In this document: positions 1-11,573 of the stretch, in pieces
How the letters are laid out: each line of letters opens with the position of its first letter
Numbering within the stretch: position 1 is the stretch's first letter
From: Heterodontus francisci
Taxonomy: Eukaryota
Reading direction: 5' to 3'
DNA: 64,000 nt
Assembly: GCF_036365525.1 (NCBI RefSeq)
Contig: NC_090392.1
Span: forward strand, 76,323,771 to 76,387,770
The notes under the pieces: model-generated
What the model was told of the DNA's origin: nothing
Database searches by the model: none
What the model saw: the letters and a program-made list of their open reading frames with translations, nothing else
Position numbers and translations under genes: made by a program

Positions 1-312
1 AGATAAATGACCAGTGATAATCTGTTTTGGTGACGGAGGTTGAAGAGTAAAAACCGGCCAGGGCGCTGGGTAGAACTCCCCTGTTCTTCATCAAAATAGT
101 CACATGGGATCTTTTATGCCCACCTGAGAGGGCAGACAGGTCCTCTGTTTAACATTCCATCTGAAAGGCAGCACCTCCAACAGTGCTGCACTCCTGCAAT
201 ACATAACCAGGATTATCAGCCTAGAATCTGAGCTCAAATCTCTGGAGTGGGACTCAAACCCACAAACTCCACCCAGAGGCAAGAGTGCTATCCACTAAGC
301 CACAGCTGACAT
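1..312 (-). mobile_element. DeuSINE (SacSINE1-like), partial
   Basis: Reverse complement of tRNA-like head plus Deu-type core (AAAAGATCCCATG..ACTATT). Confidence 0.7.
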
Positions 313-789
313 GGAACAAGAAAACCTAGCTAAACCTCCCTGGACTGAGTGTTACTCCTCAGTCCTCTTCACCATATAAAAGACTGCTTTTAGTAGAACA
401 TATTAAATCAGATCTCCTCTCCTCATTGCACATTTTCTGGTGGCCATGACTCCCCTTGTCACCATCCCCTCCTCTCTAAATCTTCGATATTAACTAGTCC
501 TGGCCTGGATACCTTATTCAGGTAAGATGCAAACTTTTAAAAAGTTATGCAAAGAAGCAGCTCTTACAGGTGAGAGCAGGAACAACAGCAATGATGCACT
601 CACATGTTCACGACTTCCCACCAGAAATCCAGAATCTTTTTCCCACCAATTCCTGGTAATAGAGCCTTCGGAATCCCTACTAAGTGGCTGTAGAGGCCTG
701 TTGTTTCATTCTGTAAAGAAATGATTCAAGTAACAGCAAAGTAGACCAGGGGACACATACTGTTTACACAGGAAATGACAAACTAGTAC

Positions 790-1195
790 TTGCATTTGTA
801 TGGCACCTTTCATGGCCTCAGAACATCCTAAACTGCCTTACAAGCAATCATGTACTTTTTGTAGAAAACATGGAAAGCAATTTGCACACAGTAAGCTCCC
901 ACAAAGAGCAGTGTGATAATGACCAGATAATGTTTTTTTAATGGATACTGGCCAGGTTACTGGGAAAACTCCACTGCTCTACTTCGAAATAATGCCATGG
1001 GATCTTTTCCGTCCATCTGGGAGGGCGGACGGGGTCTCAGTTTATTGTTTCATTTGAAAGACGACACCTCAGACACTTCAGCGCTCCTTCAATGCTGCAT
1101 GGGAGTATCAGTCTCGATTTTGTGCCCAAGTCTCCGCAGTGGGATTTGCACTCTCAGCCTTATCAGTGAGAGGGCTACCACTGAGCCATGGCTGA
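790..1195 (-). mobile_element. DeuSINE copy
   Basis: Same core and L2-like tail (cttgcattt.tat.gcacc). Confidence 0.7.
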
Positions 1196-1332
1196 ATATT
1201 TTTAGCAACAGAATATGGCTGTTTGACCTAACTAGGCCCATACCATTTTTACAGATCACTTAATGTGTCTCACTAAATCACTCAATTCCTTCTTAGAAAC
1301 ACATCTATTTGCCAACTGACTCACTGTACGCT

Positions 1333-1598
1333 GCGAAGAGATGAGGAGAAATTACTTCTCTCAAAGGGTCAGGAGTCTGTGGAATTCACTACCCCAGAGT
1401 GCGGTGGATGCCGGGACATTGAGTAAATTTAAGGAGGAGATAGACATATTTTTAATTAGTAAAGGGTTGAAGGAGAATGGAGAACGGGCAGAAAAGTGGA
1501 GTTGAAGCCGAGATGAGATCAGCCATGATTGTATTGAATGGCGGGGCAGGCTCAAGGGGCTGAATTGCCTACTCCTGCTCCTAGTTCTTATGTTCTTA
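1333..1598 (+). mobile_element. CR1/HER1 LINE 3' end
   Basis: RRNYFSQRV..LWNSLP-type coding end and 3' UTR ending cctactcctgctcctagttcttatgttctta. Confidence 0.8.
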
Positions 1599-1755
1599 GT
1601 CCATTTGCCGTCCACAGTAACTCAATACATAAACTCTAAAATGCCCTTCTGATGAAAATCTTCCAGCAAACCTAATACACAAGAGTTCTATTAGCACAGT
1701 AAATATTAACATTTTTGGTGTATCTTGTTCATCGGAATATGTGAAATGTAAGTCT

Positions 1756-2096
1756 GTGGTGTTTTAGCACCGCAGCCTCACAGCTCCAGCGACCCAGGTT
1801 TGATTCTGGGTACTGCCTGTGCAGAGTTTGCAAGTTCTCCCTGTGACCGCGTGGGTTTCCGCCGGGTGCTCCGGTTTCCTCCCGCAGCCAAAGACTTGCA
1901 GGTTGATAGGTAAATTGGCCATTGTAAAATTGCCCCTAGTATAGGTAGGTGGTAGGAGAATTGAGGGGATGTGGTAGAGAATATGGGATTAATGTAGGAT
2001 TAGTATAAATGGGTGGTTGATGGTCAGCACAGACTCGGTGGGCTGAAGGGCCTGTTTCAGTGCTGTATCTCTAAATAAATAAATAATAAATAAATA
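1756..2096 (+). mobile_element. HE1-like V-SINE
   Basis: tRNA-like head, V-domain GGGTGCTCCGGTTTCCTCCC, CR1-type tail, (TAAA)n. Confidence 0.85.
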
Positions 2097-2099
2097 CTT

Positions 2100-2512
2100 G
2101 GTGGGGCTGTTTTCCTTGAAACAGAGGAGACTGAGGGGGAGATTTAATTGAGTGTATAAAATTATGAGGGGCTTAATCAGAGTGGATAGGAAAGATCTAT
2201 TTCCCTTAGCAAAGAGGTCAATAACCAGACAGCATAAATTTAAAGTAATTGGTAGAAGGATTAGAGGGGAGTTGAGAAGAAATAATTTCAGCCAGAGGGT
2301 GATGGGTGTCTGGAACTTGCTGCCTGAAAGGGTGGTAGAGGCAGAATCCCTCATTGCATTTAAAATATACTTGGATATACACCTGAAGTGCCGTAACCTG
2401 CAGAGCTACAGACCAAGAGCTGGAAAGTGTGATCAGGCTGGATAAACTCTTTTTCCACCAGCGCAATGGGCCAAATGGCCTCCTTTTGTGCCATAAATTT
2501 TCTACGTTTCTA
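2100..2512 (+). mobile_element. CR1 LINE 3' fragment
   Basis: ORF YKIMRGL.RVD...FSQRV..VWN.LP, the CR1 ORF2 C-terminus. Confidence 0.85.
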
Positions 2513-3074
2513 AGATGGGCCTCATGTACATCTCCAGCGCTTCCAGTTTTGGTTTCAGATTTTCAGTATTTGCCATTTTGATTTTCATTTTCCAAACTTT
2601 TAAACTTGTGGCTGTGATATTTGAATCGTTCAACGCACTGAAGCTTTATTTTGATTATCCTTCTGTGAAGCACTTTGGGATGGTTTTCTACATTAAAGGC
2701 ACTTTAAAATTGCAAATTGTTGTCATTTTCACTGGACCAACTCCTTTCAGAATCTTTAAAATTTCAGTTATTCAGGTATGATGTAAATCTGAACATTAAA
2801 TATCTAAAAATGTTGAGTTTACAAGTGAGAAATGGAAGTGTGATTGGAAAGTGACAATGCATTCACACATTCACAAATTCCCATTTGAAACCCAGGATCT
2901 GCTTTTTACTGACTCCAGGTTAAAGCCTTCGAAATCTCCTCCAAATGGCTACTTCAAGTCTTTCATCTTACTGTTTTACTCTGCTACCCAGAACTGTTTC
3001 TGTTGCTTGCCTTTGACAATATCCTTCCTTCAATTAGGCGCTCAGAGTACACCAGATGGGATCTAACCAAATCA

Positions 3075-3273
3075 AATAAAAGCAAAATACAACAAATGCT
3101 GGTAATCAGAAATAAAAAGCAGAAAATGCTGGAAAACACGCGGCAGGTCTGGCAGCGCCTACACAGTTAAAACATTTCAGGTCGATGACCTTTCAATGAA
3201 GCATTAACTCCGTTCCTCTCGTCAGAGATGCTGCCTGACCTGCTGAGCATTTGCAGCATTTTCTGCTTTTATT
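3075..3273. mobile_element. Palindromic element built from two inverted Penelope-type termini
   Basis: AAAAGCAGAAAATGCTG...CAGGTCTGGCAGC / GCTGCCTGACCTGCTGAGCATTTGCAGCATTTTCTGCTTTT inverted arms. Confidence 0.55.
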
Positions 3274-3974
3274 TGGGATCTAACCAACGCCGTTTGCAGC
3301 AATAACACAATTTTCCTGATTTGTTCCCGACCCAGCCTGGCAGCTGATTGGTCCTTTTATTGTAACTGAGCTGTAGATGGACAGTTTCATAGATTTATCC
3401 AGGGGAATTGTAGACCGGTTTCCCAGTCAGCAGCTGTACCAGTCAGTATTCTATGGCACCCCCACCCCTCACCTGTTCCATGGAGCAAGCATTCCCTCTT
3501 AGCAAATGCTCCCAATTTTCATTCCTTGCTCCCTTAGTAATTAATTTAGATTTATTATCCACACTGAATTACACCTGCTCTCTACTAACACAAACCAGGT
3601 TTGCGTTGTTCCTCATTATGGGAAAACTGCTACAAATCTTACTAGCCTTAGAAAAGGAAAACATAAGAAGCAAAAAGTTGCTTTACAGGGGAAGTTGCAA
3701 CATTGAAACGTTTAAAATAAACTGCCTTGAAACTTCACCTCTCCCTTTCATTCTCAAACACAGGCAGAATCAGAGAGTGAAAAACAAATGGAAGAGGGAA
3801 GTTTTTTCGGCAGTCGTTAAGGGGAAATGCAGGGAATTACTTCATTGGTCAAGCTTAGCCTTCACACGTTTGAGAATCACCGAATCTAAAAGTTTTGTTA
3901 AAACTTTTGAAGAATGACATTTGGTTTGAGCCAATCTTGAACAAAGGTAAGTGGTAAGGGCATCGAGAGGTGTG

Positions 3975-4170
3975 GAGAGAGGAGTTGGTGGACAGAGACT
4001 GAGTGGGCAGGCACTTGGGCAAGGCATTGAGTGGATGGGGTAGCGTGGGCAGGGCACTGCATGGTTGGGGCACTGTGTGGGCATTGTGGCATCAAGTGGA
4101 CAGGGCACTTGGGCGAGGTACTGAGCAGACAGGGCACTATATGGTTGGGGGACTTGGTGGCCGAGCTATT
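3975..4170. repeat. Degenerate G-rich tandem repeat (gggcagggcact-like)
   Basis: Recurring GGGCA(G)GGCAC(T) units. Confidence 0.55.
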
Positions 4171-4790
4171 GAGTGAGCAGCCTTCTGGTATCTACACCAT
4201 CATTTAGGCTGTGAGAATGAACATACTCAAGGAATTTAAATGACAACACAGATCCTAAGAGCAGAGGCAATGAGCATGTCATCCCCAATATGTTCTGCTA
4301 TCATTTTACAACATGCATCAGCCTTTCAGCTTACTTTTATTCATTGTTGTGAGCTTTACTTTTTCTATTTCTGGTAACAGTCTCTTTCGGGATCATTACA
4401 ACAGAATCGTAGCTCCACTCAGTTCTGCAGTGTGACAGGACAGCTCTTACATGGTTAGGGTTTCGGCAGCATCAGCAATCAAAAGTAGAAGTATTTTCAA
4501 AAACAATGATACATCGTAATGATTTTTTTAAAAATACCAATATATTAAATGTATAATACACACAGGCTGCTAATGTTAGAAAAGAGATAAGTAAAATCTT
4601 AAATGCGGGTCATTTAAATTTGAAAGGTTGCGAACTTAGTGTTGAGGAATATTTACTGTTCCTTGCACTTGTGAATTATTACGTCAACTCCCTTTACTCC
4701 TCATGACTGGGTGGGATAACTGATTGAGCCTGATAACGGGTTCTGGAATTAGTCCTGGGGCAGGTGTAGATCATTACCTGTGAGACATAT

Positions 4791-5140
4791 GGGCGGCACA
4801 GTGGCGCAGTGGTTAGCACCGCAGCCTCACAGCTCCAGGGACCCGGGTTCGATTCTGGGTACTGCCTGTGCAGAGTTTGCAAGTTCTCCCTATGTCTGCG
4901 TGGGTTTCCTCCGGGTGCTCCGGTTTCCTCCCACATGCCAAAGACTTGCAGGTTGATAGGTTAATTGGCCATTATAAATTGCCCCTAGTATAGGTAGGTG
5001 GTAGGGAAATATATAGGGACAGGTGGGGATGTGATAGGGATATGGGATTAGTGTAGGATTAGTATAAATGGGTGGTTGATGGTCGGCACAGACTCGGCGG
5101 GCCGAAGGGCCTGTTTCAGTGCTGTATCTCCAAACTAAAC
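4791..5140 (+). mobile_element. HE1-like V-SINE, full length
   Basis: GGGCGGCACAGTGGCGCAGTGG A box, GGTTCGATTC B box, V domain, (CTAAA) tail. Confidence 0.9.
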
Positions 5141-5675
5141 ATTAAGTTTGATTCCCTCCCCCAACTCTTTTTCCGGTACATTGATGACTGTATCGGTGCC
5201 CAATAGTTCCTTATGTGGCTTGGTGTCAAATTTTGTTTGATAACACTCCTGTGAAGTGACAGTTTACTATATAAAAAGTGCTACATAAATACAACCTATT
5301 GTTTAATTTCTGGGATTGCAGTTCCTTCAATTGTGAATTCCCAGAATTATTGTCATTCAAAATCTTTTATGTAAATCGCCAATTAGGATGACAATTGTCA
5401 TCATCCGTAAAAGTTAACAAGTGCTCCTTTTTTAAAGGGCAGAAACAGTAAACTGTAAATTATAACTGAATTAAAGGACATTTAACAAAATAAAGCATAA
5501 TGTTGTCCCTGGGGTCAACTATGCACTTCAGTCCAGCCGGTGCCCACTGGTCAAGGAAGGCCCCAAGCATACCAGCGGACACTGTGTGTTCCCTCTCAAG
5601 GGCCACCCGGGCATCCAGATAGCTGCGGAAGAGAGGCGGGCAATTGGGCCATTACTATCATTCTAACTCCTATGA

Positions 5676-5767
5676 TTGCAACCCCTTTAAATTCCAGGGT
5701 TGCCACCGCTTTAAATCCCAGAGTTACTGCCCCTTTAAGTCTCAAGGTTGCTGCCCCTTTAAGAGAG
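5676..5767. repeat. 24-bp tandem repeat, ~4 units, core CCCCTTTAA
   Basis: Units start at 5676, 5700, 5724, 5748. Confidence 0.8.
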
Positions 5768-5779
5768 AACAGCCGGTGG

Positions 5780-6110
5780 TTCCATTCGTGATGTCACCTG
5801 TCAGGCGACTCTGCAGCCAATCGCCATCGAGGAGGTGATTCGTCGCATCAGCTTCAATCCCCGCCTACTGCCTTCTGGTTGGTCACTAAGGAAATCCCCG
5901 CCCATTCAGTTGCCCCTTATCATTGGCTCTAATAGAGAAATCATCTGTTGTGGGCAGGCGATTTGACCAATCAACATCAGAGCAACATAGAAGGCGATCG
6001 TCCATTGGTCGGTGCCGACTGTCAATCACAGAAAAGGACGGGAGGCCGGGGTTGGCTGGTTCCTTGGCAACCGCGGTGCTGGAGCTGCGCGAAGCGGCGC
6101 TTTAAATTAA
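5780..6110 (+). promoter_or_regulatory. Putative SC5D promoter (CpG-enriched; NF-Y/Sp1/SRE-like)
   Basis: CCAAT boxes at 5817, 5922 (rev), 5967, 6004 (rev); GC box CCCCGCCC 5896-5903; SRE-like GAGGAGGTGAT 5829-5839; local CpG enrichment; directly upstream of a CAG|GTAGGG donor. Confidence 0.65.
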
Positions 6111-6130
6111 TGTGGAGCTTCGCAGCACAG
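6030..6130 (+). other. SC5D: Putative non-coding exon 1 of SC5D (start approximate)
   Basis: Donor CAG|GTAGGG at 6130/6131 at the end of the CpG-rich block; mammalian SC5D also has a non-coding first exon. Confidence 0.55.
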
Positions 6131-7259
6131 GTAGGGAGTAAATGGCGGGTTGTTCAGCGCCTGAGTGTAAACCGGGGCCGGTCTGATCGCTGTTTGGGGG
6201 TCTGGATCTGTGGAAGGTGCTGGGAGAGGGGGAAGAGAGGAACCATCCTGATTCCCCCCCCCCCCCCCCCCAATCAACTGGTAGCTCCCTCGCCCCAGGG
6301 TCAGAGGTTAAACCCACTGCAGTACTCAGGCAGTGCCGAACTGTCAGAGGTGCTGTCTTTCTGATCAGAGCTTAAACCCAGCATTTTCAGCTGGGTGTAA
6401 AAAAAAATTCCATGGGCTGTGATGATCTGGAATCTGCCCGAATGGGGCGGTGGAAGCTGGGTCTATAAAAACTTTCAAAAGGAAATTTGGATAAATACTT
6501 GGAGAAAAAAAAAGCACTGAAAGGTCCTATATAAATGCAATTTCTTTCCGTGTTTAGTCCCAGTGAGTATTGGTGTACTACTTGTGCAGGACATCAGGGA
6601 AGAAAATTGTAAGGATATGGGAAGGAGTGGGACTAACTGGATTGCTCTTTGAAGGAACTCCTGTTGATCCGGTGAGCTGAATGGCTTCTTTCTGTGCTGT
6701 ACTTTTCTATGATAGGTACTTCTATAAATGCAAGTTGTTGCTGTGTTCTCCCTGATGTCCTAGCTAATATTTATCCCTCAACCGATGTTGCAGCAACAGC
6801 TTTATCGTTTTACTGTTTGTGGGATCTTGCTGTGTGCCAATTGGTTGTGGTGCTTCTTTTCAAAAGCAACAGTTAACAAATTATTTGTTGCTTGTGAAGT
6901 GCTTTGTGATATCCTGAGATTGTGAAAGTTCCTAGTACAAATAGTTATGTTTCTGAGAAACACTTGAAGGAAGAGATTGCTGTGCACTGCTGTAAGAAAT
7001 GAGTGTAGGTTCTATCCTTCATTGAACCTGAAAAAACAACTTGTAGCTTTTTTGTTTTGCTAGCATAAAATCCCAGGTGTGTAATAACAGGTACAAGTAA
7101 CTTTTAAAATGTTTTCAGCTGGTGTAGAGTGAATTGTATTTGTACTGTGTCACGGAGCAAAGGCAAACAATATGTTAATAGTGTGTTGAAAGACAAAGCA
7201 TTAGTACAGATTAGGTGTAAAATGACCTTTTGGTCAGCTATGTGGCCTGGTCCAATCTA

Positions 7260-7432
7260 GATCTCCTTTATTATCTCTTGCCCCACCCCCACCTCACTTG
7301 CTTATAACCTGTGACTTTTCTAATATTTGTCAGTTCCGATGAAGGGTCACTGACCCGAAACGTTAACTCTGCTTCTCTTTCCACAGATGCTGCCAGACCC
7401 GCTGAGTGATTCCAGCATTTCTTGTTTTTATT
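7260..7432 (+). mobile_element. Penelope-like element 3' terminus (pLTR fragment)
   Basis: CCGATGAAGGGTCACTGACCCGAAACGTTAAC followed by CACAGATGCTGCCAGACC..GCTGAGT tail. Confidence 0.6.
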
Positions 7433-7959
7433 ATAGTTGAATTTTAATGTTGTTAGAGTGCAATTCTAGATCCAAAAGTAACAGTGTTGATTTTATACTA
7501 TAACCCGACATGCTTCTTTATCTGTAGTTACTGTTTACAATCCTGATTGTGCACAGTGAATAGATTAAGCTCTAAAGTCCAGTGTATAAAGCTTTATTAT
7601 CGTTTTATGGTGGCCAATTTGTATAAACACCCACAAAGATGTAACCTGCACCAGATCCAACTTTTTATTTGTTTAAGCTGAGACATTTAAGAAATGTCGG
7701 GAATAGTTAGGATTGTGTTTTTGAGTTTAGAGTTTTGTTTGGTGCTCACTGTGGTTGTTGCACAATTTCATTTTATTTTAAAAAGTGGTTAATTCCAAAT
7801 AATTGTGATCATCTGGATGAATCCAGTGTGCAGTTTTAGGATTGAATGTCTTGGCTGTTTCTAGACGTTGCTTTGTGTGGTGTTTAATGAAAGCATTTTG
7901 TAGACAAATATGTCAGTAATTTCTAAGCATATTTTCTGTATTTGGTTGTTTTGGTAATT

Positions 7960-9030
7960 TACACCAATGGAACTTCTCAACTTGACTGTTCCAACTCTCT
8001 CCTGGCCATCTCCCATATTCCACCCTCCATAAACTTAAACTCATGCAAACCTTGCGCCAAGTCCCGTTCACTCCCCACCCACTGTGCTGACCAATGTACA
8101 TTGGCTCCTGGTCCAGCAAGGCCTCACTTTTAAAATTCTCATCTGTGTTTTCAAATCCCTTCATGGCCTCACTCCTCCCTATCTCTGTAACTCCTCTAGC
8201 CCTAAAACCCTCTGAGATTTCTGTGCTCCTCCAATGCTGGCCTCTTGTGCATCCCTGAATTTAATTATTCCACCAGTAGCTGCCTTGGCCTTAAAATCAC
8301 TAAATTTCTCTGTCTCACCAACCACCTTTATAAGACTCCCCTTAAAACTTAGGTTTTTTTACCTGCTTTTGGTCACCTGTCGGAATATCCTTATGTGGTT
8401 CAGTGTCAAATTTTATAGAGTTATAGAGTCGTACAGCATAGAAACAGGCCCTTCAGCCCACCGGGTCCATGCCGACCATAATGCCTATCTATAGTAATCC
8501 CACCTGCCTGCATTAATTCCATATCCCTCTATGCCTTGCTCATTCAAGTACCTGTCCAGATGCCTCTTAAATGTCGCTACTGTTCCTGCTTCTACCATCT
8601 CCTCTGGCAGCTCATTCCAGATACCCACTATTCTTTGTGTGAAAAATTTACCCCTTTGATCCCCTTTAAACCTCCTCCCTCTCACCTTAAATCTATGCCC
8701 TCTAGTTTTAGTCACCCCTACCATGGGAAACAGACTCTGGCTATCTACCCTATCTATGCCTCTCATAATTTTACGTACCTCTATCATGTCCCCTCTCAGC
8801 CTCCTTTGCTCCAGGGAAAACAGACCCAGCCTATCCAATCTCTCTTTATAACTCAAGCCCTCCAAACCAGGCAACATCCTTGTGAATCTTTTCTACACCC
8901 TCTCTAGCTTAATCACATCTTTCCTGTAGTGCGGCGACCAGAACTGCACACAGTACTCCAAAATTTGATAATTGCAGCTGTGAAGCACCTTGAGATATTT
9001 TACTACATTAAATGGTTATAGAAATGTAAG
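7960..9030 (+). mobile_element. L2-type 3' tail interrupted by an antisense CR1 fragment (8415-8960)
   Basis: L2 tail breaks at gtgtcaaattt and resumes at tttgataattgcagctgtgaagcacc; insert encodes MLPGLEGLSYKERLDRLGLFSLE on the minus strand. Confidence 0.8.
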
Positions 9031-9247
9031 GCGGTGATATTAGAATAACTTTGGGATATTTGCTGTTTGTGATCAGAGACCAAAGGGTGAACAATAGGTT
9101 TGGTGCTAACAGTAACCTTGGATACAGATAGACTTTATTTTGTGTGAGTTATGAAGGGAGCCAGGAAATATGCAGGGGGTTAAAATAGATGCACGTATAT
9201 AGAATTTTTCACTGGAGATTATTTTGTAATAAATGTGTAACAACTCA

Positions 9248-9582
9248 TAGAAACATAGAAAATAGGAGCAGGAGTAGGCCGATCATGGCTGATCATCTAA
9301 TTCAGTACCCTTTTCCCACTTTCTCCCCATATCCCTTGATCCCTTTGGCATTAAGAAATATATCTATCTCCTTCTTGAGTATATTTAATGACTGGCCTTC
9401 ACTGCCTTTTGCGGTAGAGAATTCCACAGGTTCACCACCCTCTGAGTGAGGAAATTTCTCCTCATCTCAGTTCTAAATGGCATACCCTGTATCCTGAGAC
9501 TGTGACCCCTGGTTCTGGACTCCCCAGCCATCAGGAACATCCTCCCTGCTTCTAGCCTGTCTAGTCCTGTTAGAATTTTATA
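9248..9582 (-). mobile_element. CR1 LINE 3' end
   Basis: (CATAGAAA)n tail, AGGAGCAGGAGTAGGCC motif. Confidence 0.75.
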
Positions 9583-10201
9583 GGTGTCATGTTAAAAAAA
9601 AATTTCAGTGATCCTGTAATATAAATGTGCTGTAAAAGACTTGCATCTACAAACCGTCTTTCTTGATTTCAGAACATCACAAAACATTATAACCAATGAA
9701 ATACTTTTTTTTTGAAGTGTAGTCACTGTAGGAAATAGGAGCTAATTTGCCACAGCAGAAATGGACCAAAAGCTGAATAAAACTATCTGCACAACCAAGT
9801 TAAATATATTTGGAAAACCACTAACTGACCTTGGGTGTGAGTTTTACCGTTCTTGCACTGTGTTGCTGACAGCTTTCTGCAATATTCTTGTGGTCTTGAA
9901 ATGACACTGAGCACAAATATTTACACAATTACTTAACAGATTGATCTGAAATTCTGCTCTGTTTACTTAAGGGCGATGTTAACCCAAAAGTAAATGGTTG
10001 AGATAGTGGATAGAGGAATTTCAAAGGAATCTCTCCAAGTGTTTCTATGCTAATCATCACACAGTTTGCATGATCTTCAGGTCAGTCCAATCAGGTATAT
10101 TACGAATGGAGACCTGAAAGGGATAGTAGAATGTTCACAGTGGATTGATTTAGTAATTGATGGACTGCTAAGACCCCTTCTTTTGGTTCACAGGTTATGC
10201 C

Positions 10202-10411
10202 ATGGATATCGTACTGCATTACACAGACTACTACTTTTTCACACCATATGTGTACCCCAGCTCCTGGCCAGAGGATGGTGCTTTACGTCAGATACTCAGC
10301 CTCCTCGTGGTAACTAACCTGGGAGCTGCTGTTATTTATCTCCTCTTCGGAATGATCAGCTATTATTTCATTTTTGACCACACACTGAAGAAGCACCCGC
10401 AGTATTTGCCG
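10202..10411 (+). CDS. SC5D: Lathosterol oxidase / sterol-C5-desaturase, coding exon 1
   Basis: Acceptor ttcacag|10194, Kozak gccATGg, MDIVLHYTDYYFFTPYVYPSSWPED...HPQYLP closely matches the vertebrate SC5D N-terminus; donor GTAGGT at 10412. Confidence 0.96.
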
Positions 10412-11440
10412 GTAGGTACGGTACCCCTGAACACGCGTAAAATATATGAATGTAAGTAGATAGGATTGTACTGAACAGAAGGAGCTTATGTTGACTCTTT
10501 GAAAGAGCTATCCAATTACTCCCATTCCCCGTGCTCTTTCCCCACAGCCCTGCAAATCTTTGCTTTTTAAGTATAAATCCAGATCATAGCAAATTTTGGT
10601 CATTTGAATTACAATTGAACAGATAAATACTGTTAACAAACCAGGAACAAGGTTGGAGATTTCTCTCCTCCTCGTCCCCCACCCTCCAGATGAAAAGGGG
10701 GTGATACCAAAAGCAGTCACTAGTGTGTAACTGAATATAGACGCTACAGCCCCTTCAGGTGTTATGAATCTGTACAGTAGTCTTAAGCAATTTTCTAGAT
10801 ATTGATGAGGAGCTGATCAAGCAGCAGAGATTTTCAAAAGGAGAAAGGAGCAAAGATGGTAACTTTAGCGTTGCTCGTGAGTCACAATTGTTTTGTTGAC
10901 TACTCAGCAGATGGAATGTCATAGTCCTGCTGTATGTACAGCCCCACTGTGCTAAATATTCCCCGTTGTGTACTTCCATGTGAAAGAAATGGAGTAAGAA
11001 ATCCTGAGACAGCTCACGAGAAAAGCAGAATGCAGATTTCTAAATTGTTTTGGCAACACTTTCTCTGGGACTTGCGAACAGGAGTTTTTTTTTTGGCTGC
11101 TAGAAAGTCACTGTTTTAGTTCCATAGTCCATTATTGCTACTTTAATATTTTTCCTTTCTGTTTTTCATTCCCCTACCCCTCTGCAGAACAGCTTGCCTC
11201 TAAGTGCCCTCTTTCAGTTAGAAAGGAAGAGTTTTCTGACTGAGTTGTTTTAGTAGCCTGAGAGCACCTTGATGGGCTGAATGGCCTGTTGCTGTACTGT
11301 GATTTTAAAAGCAAACACTTCTGAGTTGTAGATGTTTTGGAAGTGGTGGCAATTCAAGTCGTTTTTATGGTTATTTTTAAAACATACTGAAGTCTTTCTT
11401 CTCTTTCCTCCTCCCTCCCCTCCCCCCCCCCCCCATATAG

Positions 11441-11573
11441 AATCAAGTGCAGCGAGAGATAAAATATGCCCTGAATTCAATGCCATGGATGAGCATTCCA
11501 ACAGTGGCACTCTTCTTTGCAGAGGTCCGAGGGTACAGTAAATTGTATGACAATATCGAGGACTCCAGTTATG
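11441..11573 (+). CDS. SC5D: SC5D coding exon 2
   Basis: Pyrimidine tract+tag acceptor; NQVQREIKYALNSMPWMSIPTVALFFAEVRGYSKLYDNIEDSSY; 133 nt, donor GTAAGC. Confidence 0.96.

Noticed and set aside
500-580. Plus-strand donor-like sites (CAG|GTAAGA, CAG|GTGAGA) as exons of an upstream gene
   Set aside because: No supporting ORF or homology visible
4791-4870. tRNA gene
   Set aside because: The A/B boxes are the head of a multicopy HE1-like SINE; the same applies to the heads at 15795, 22555 and 45598
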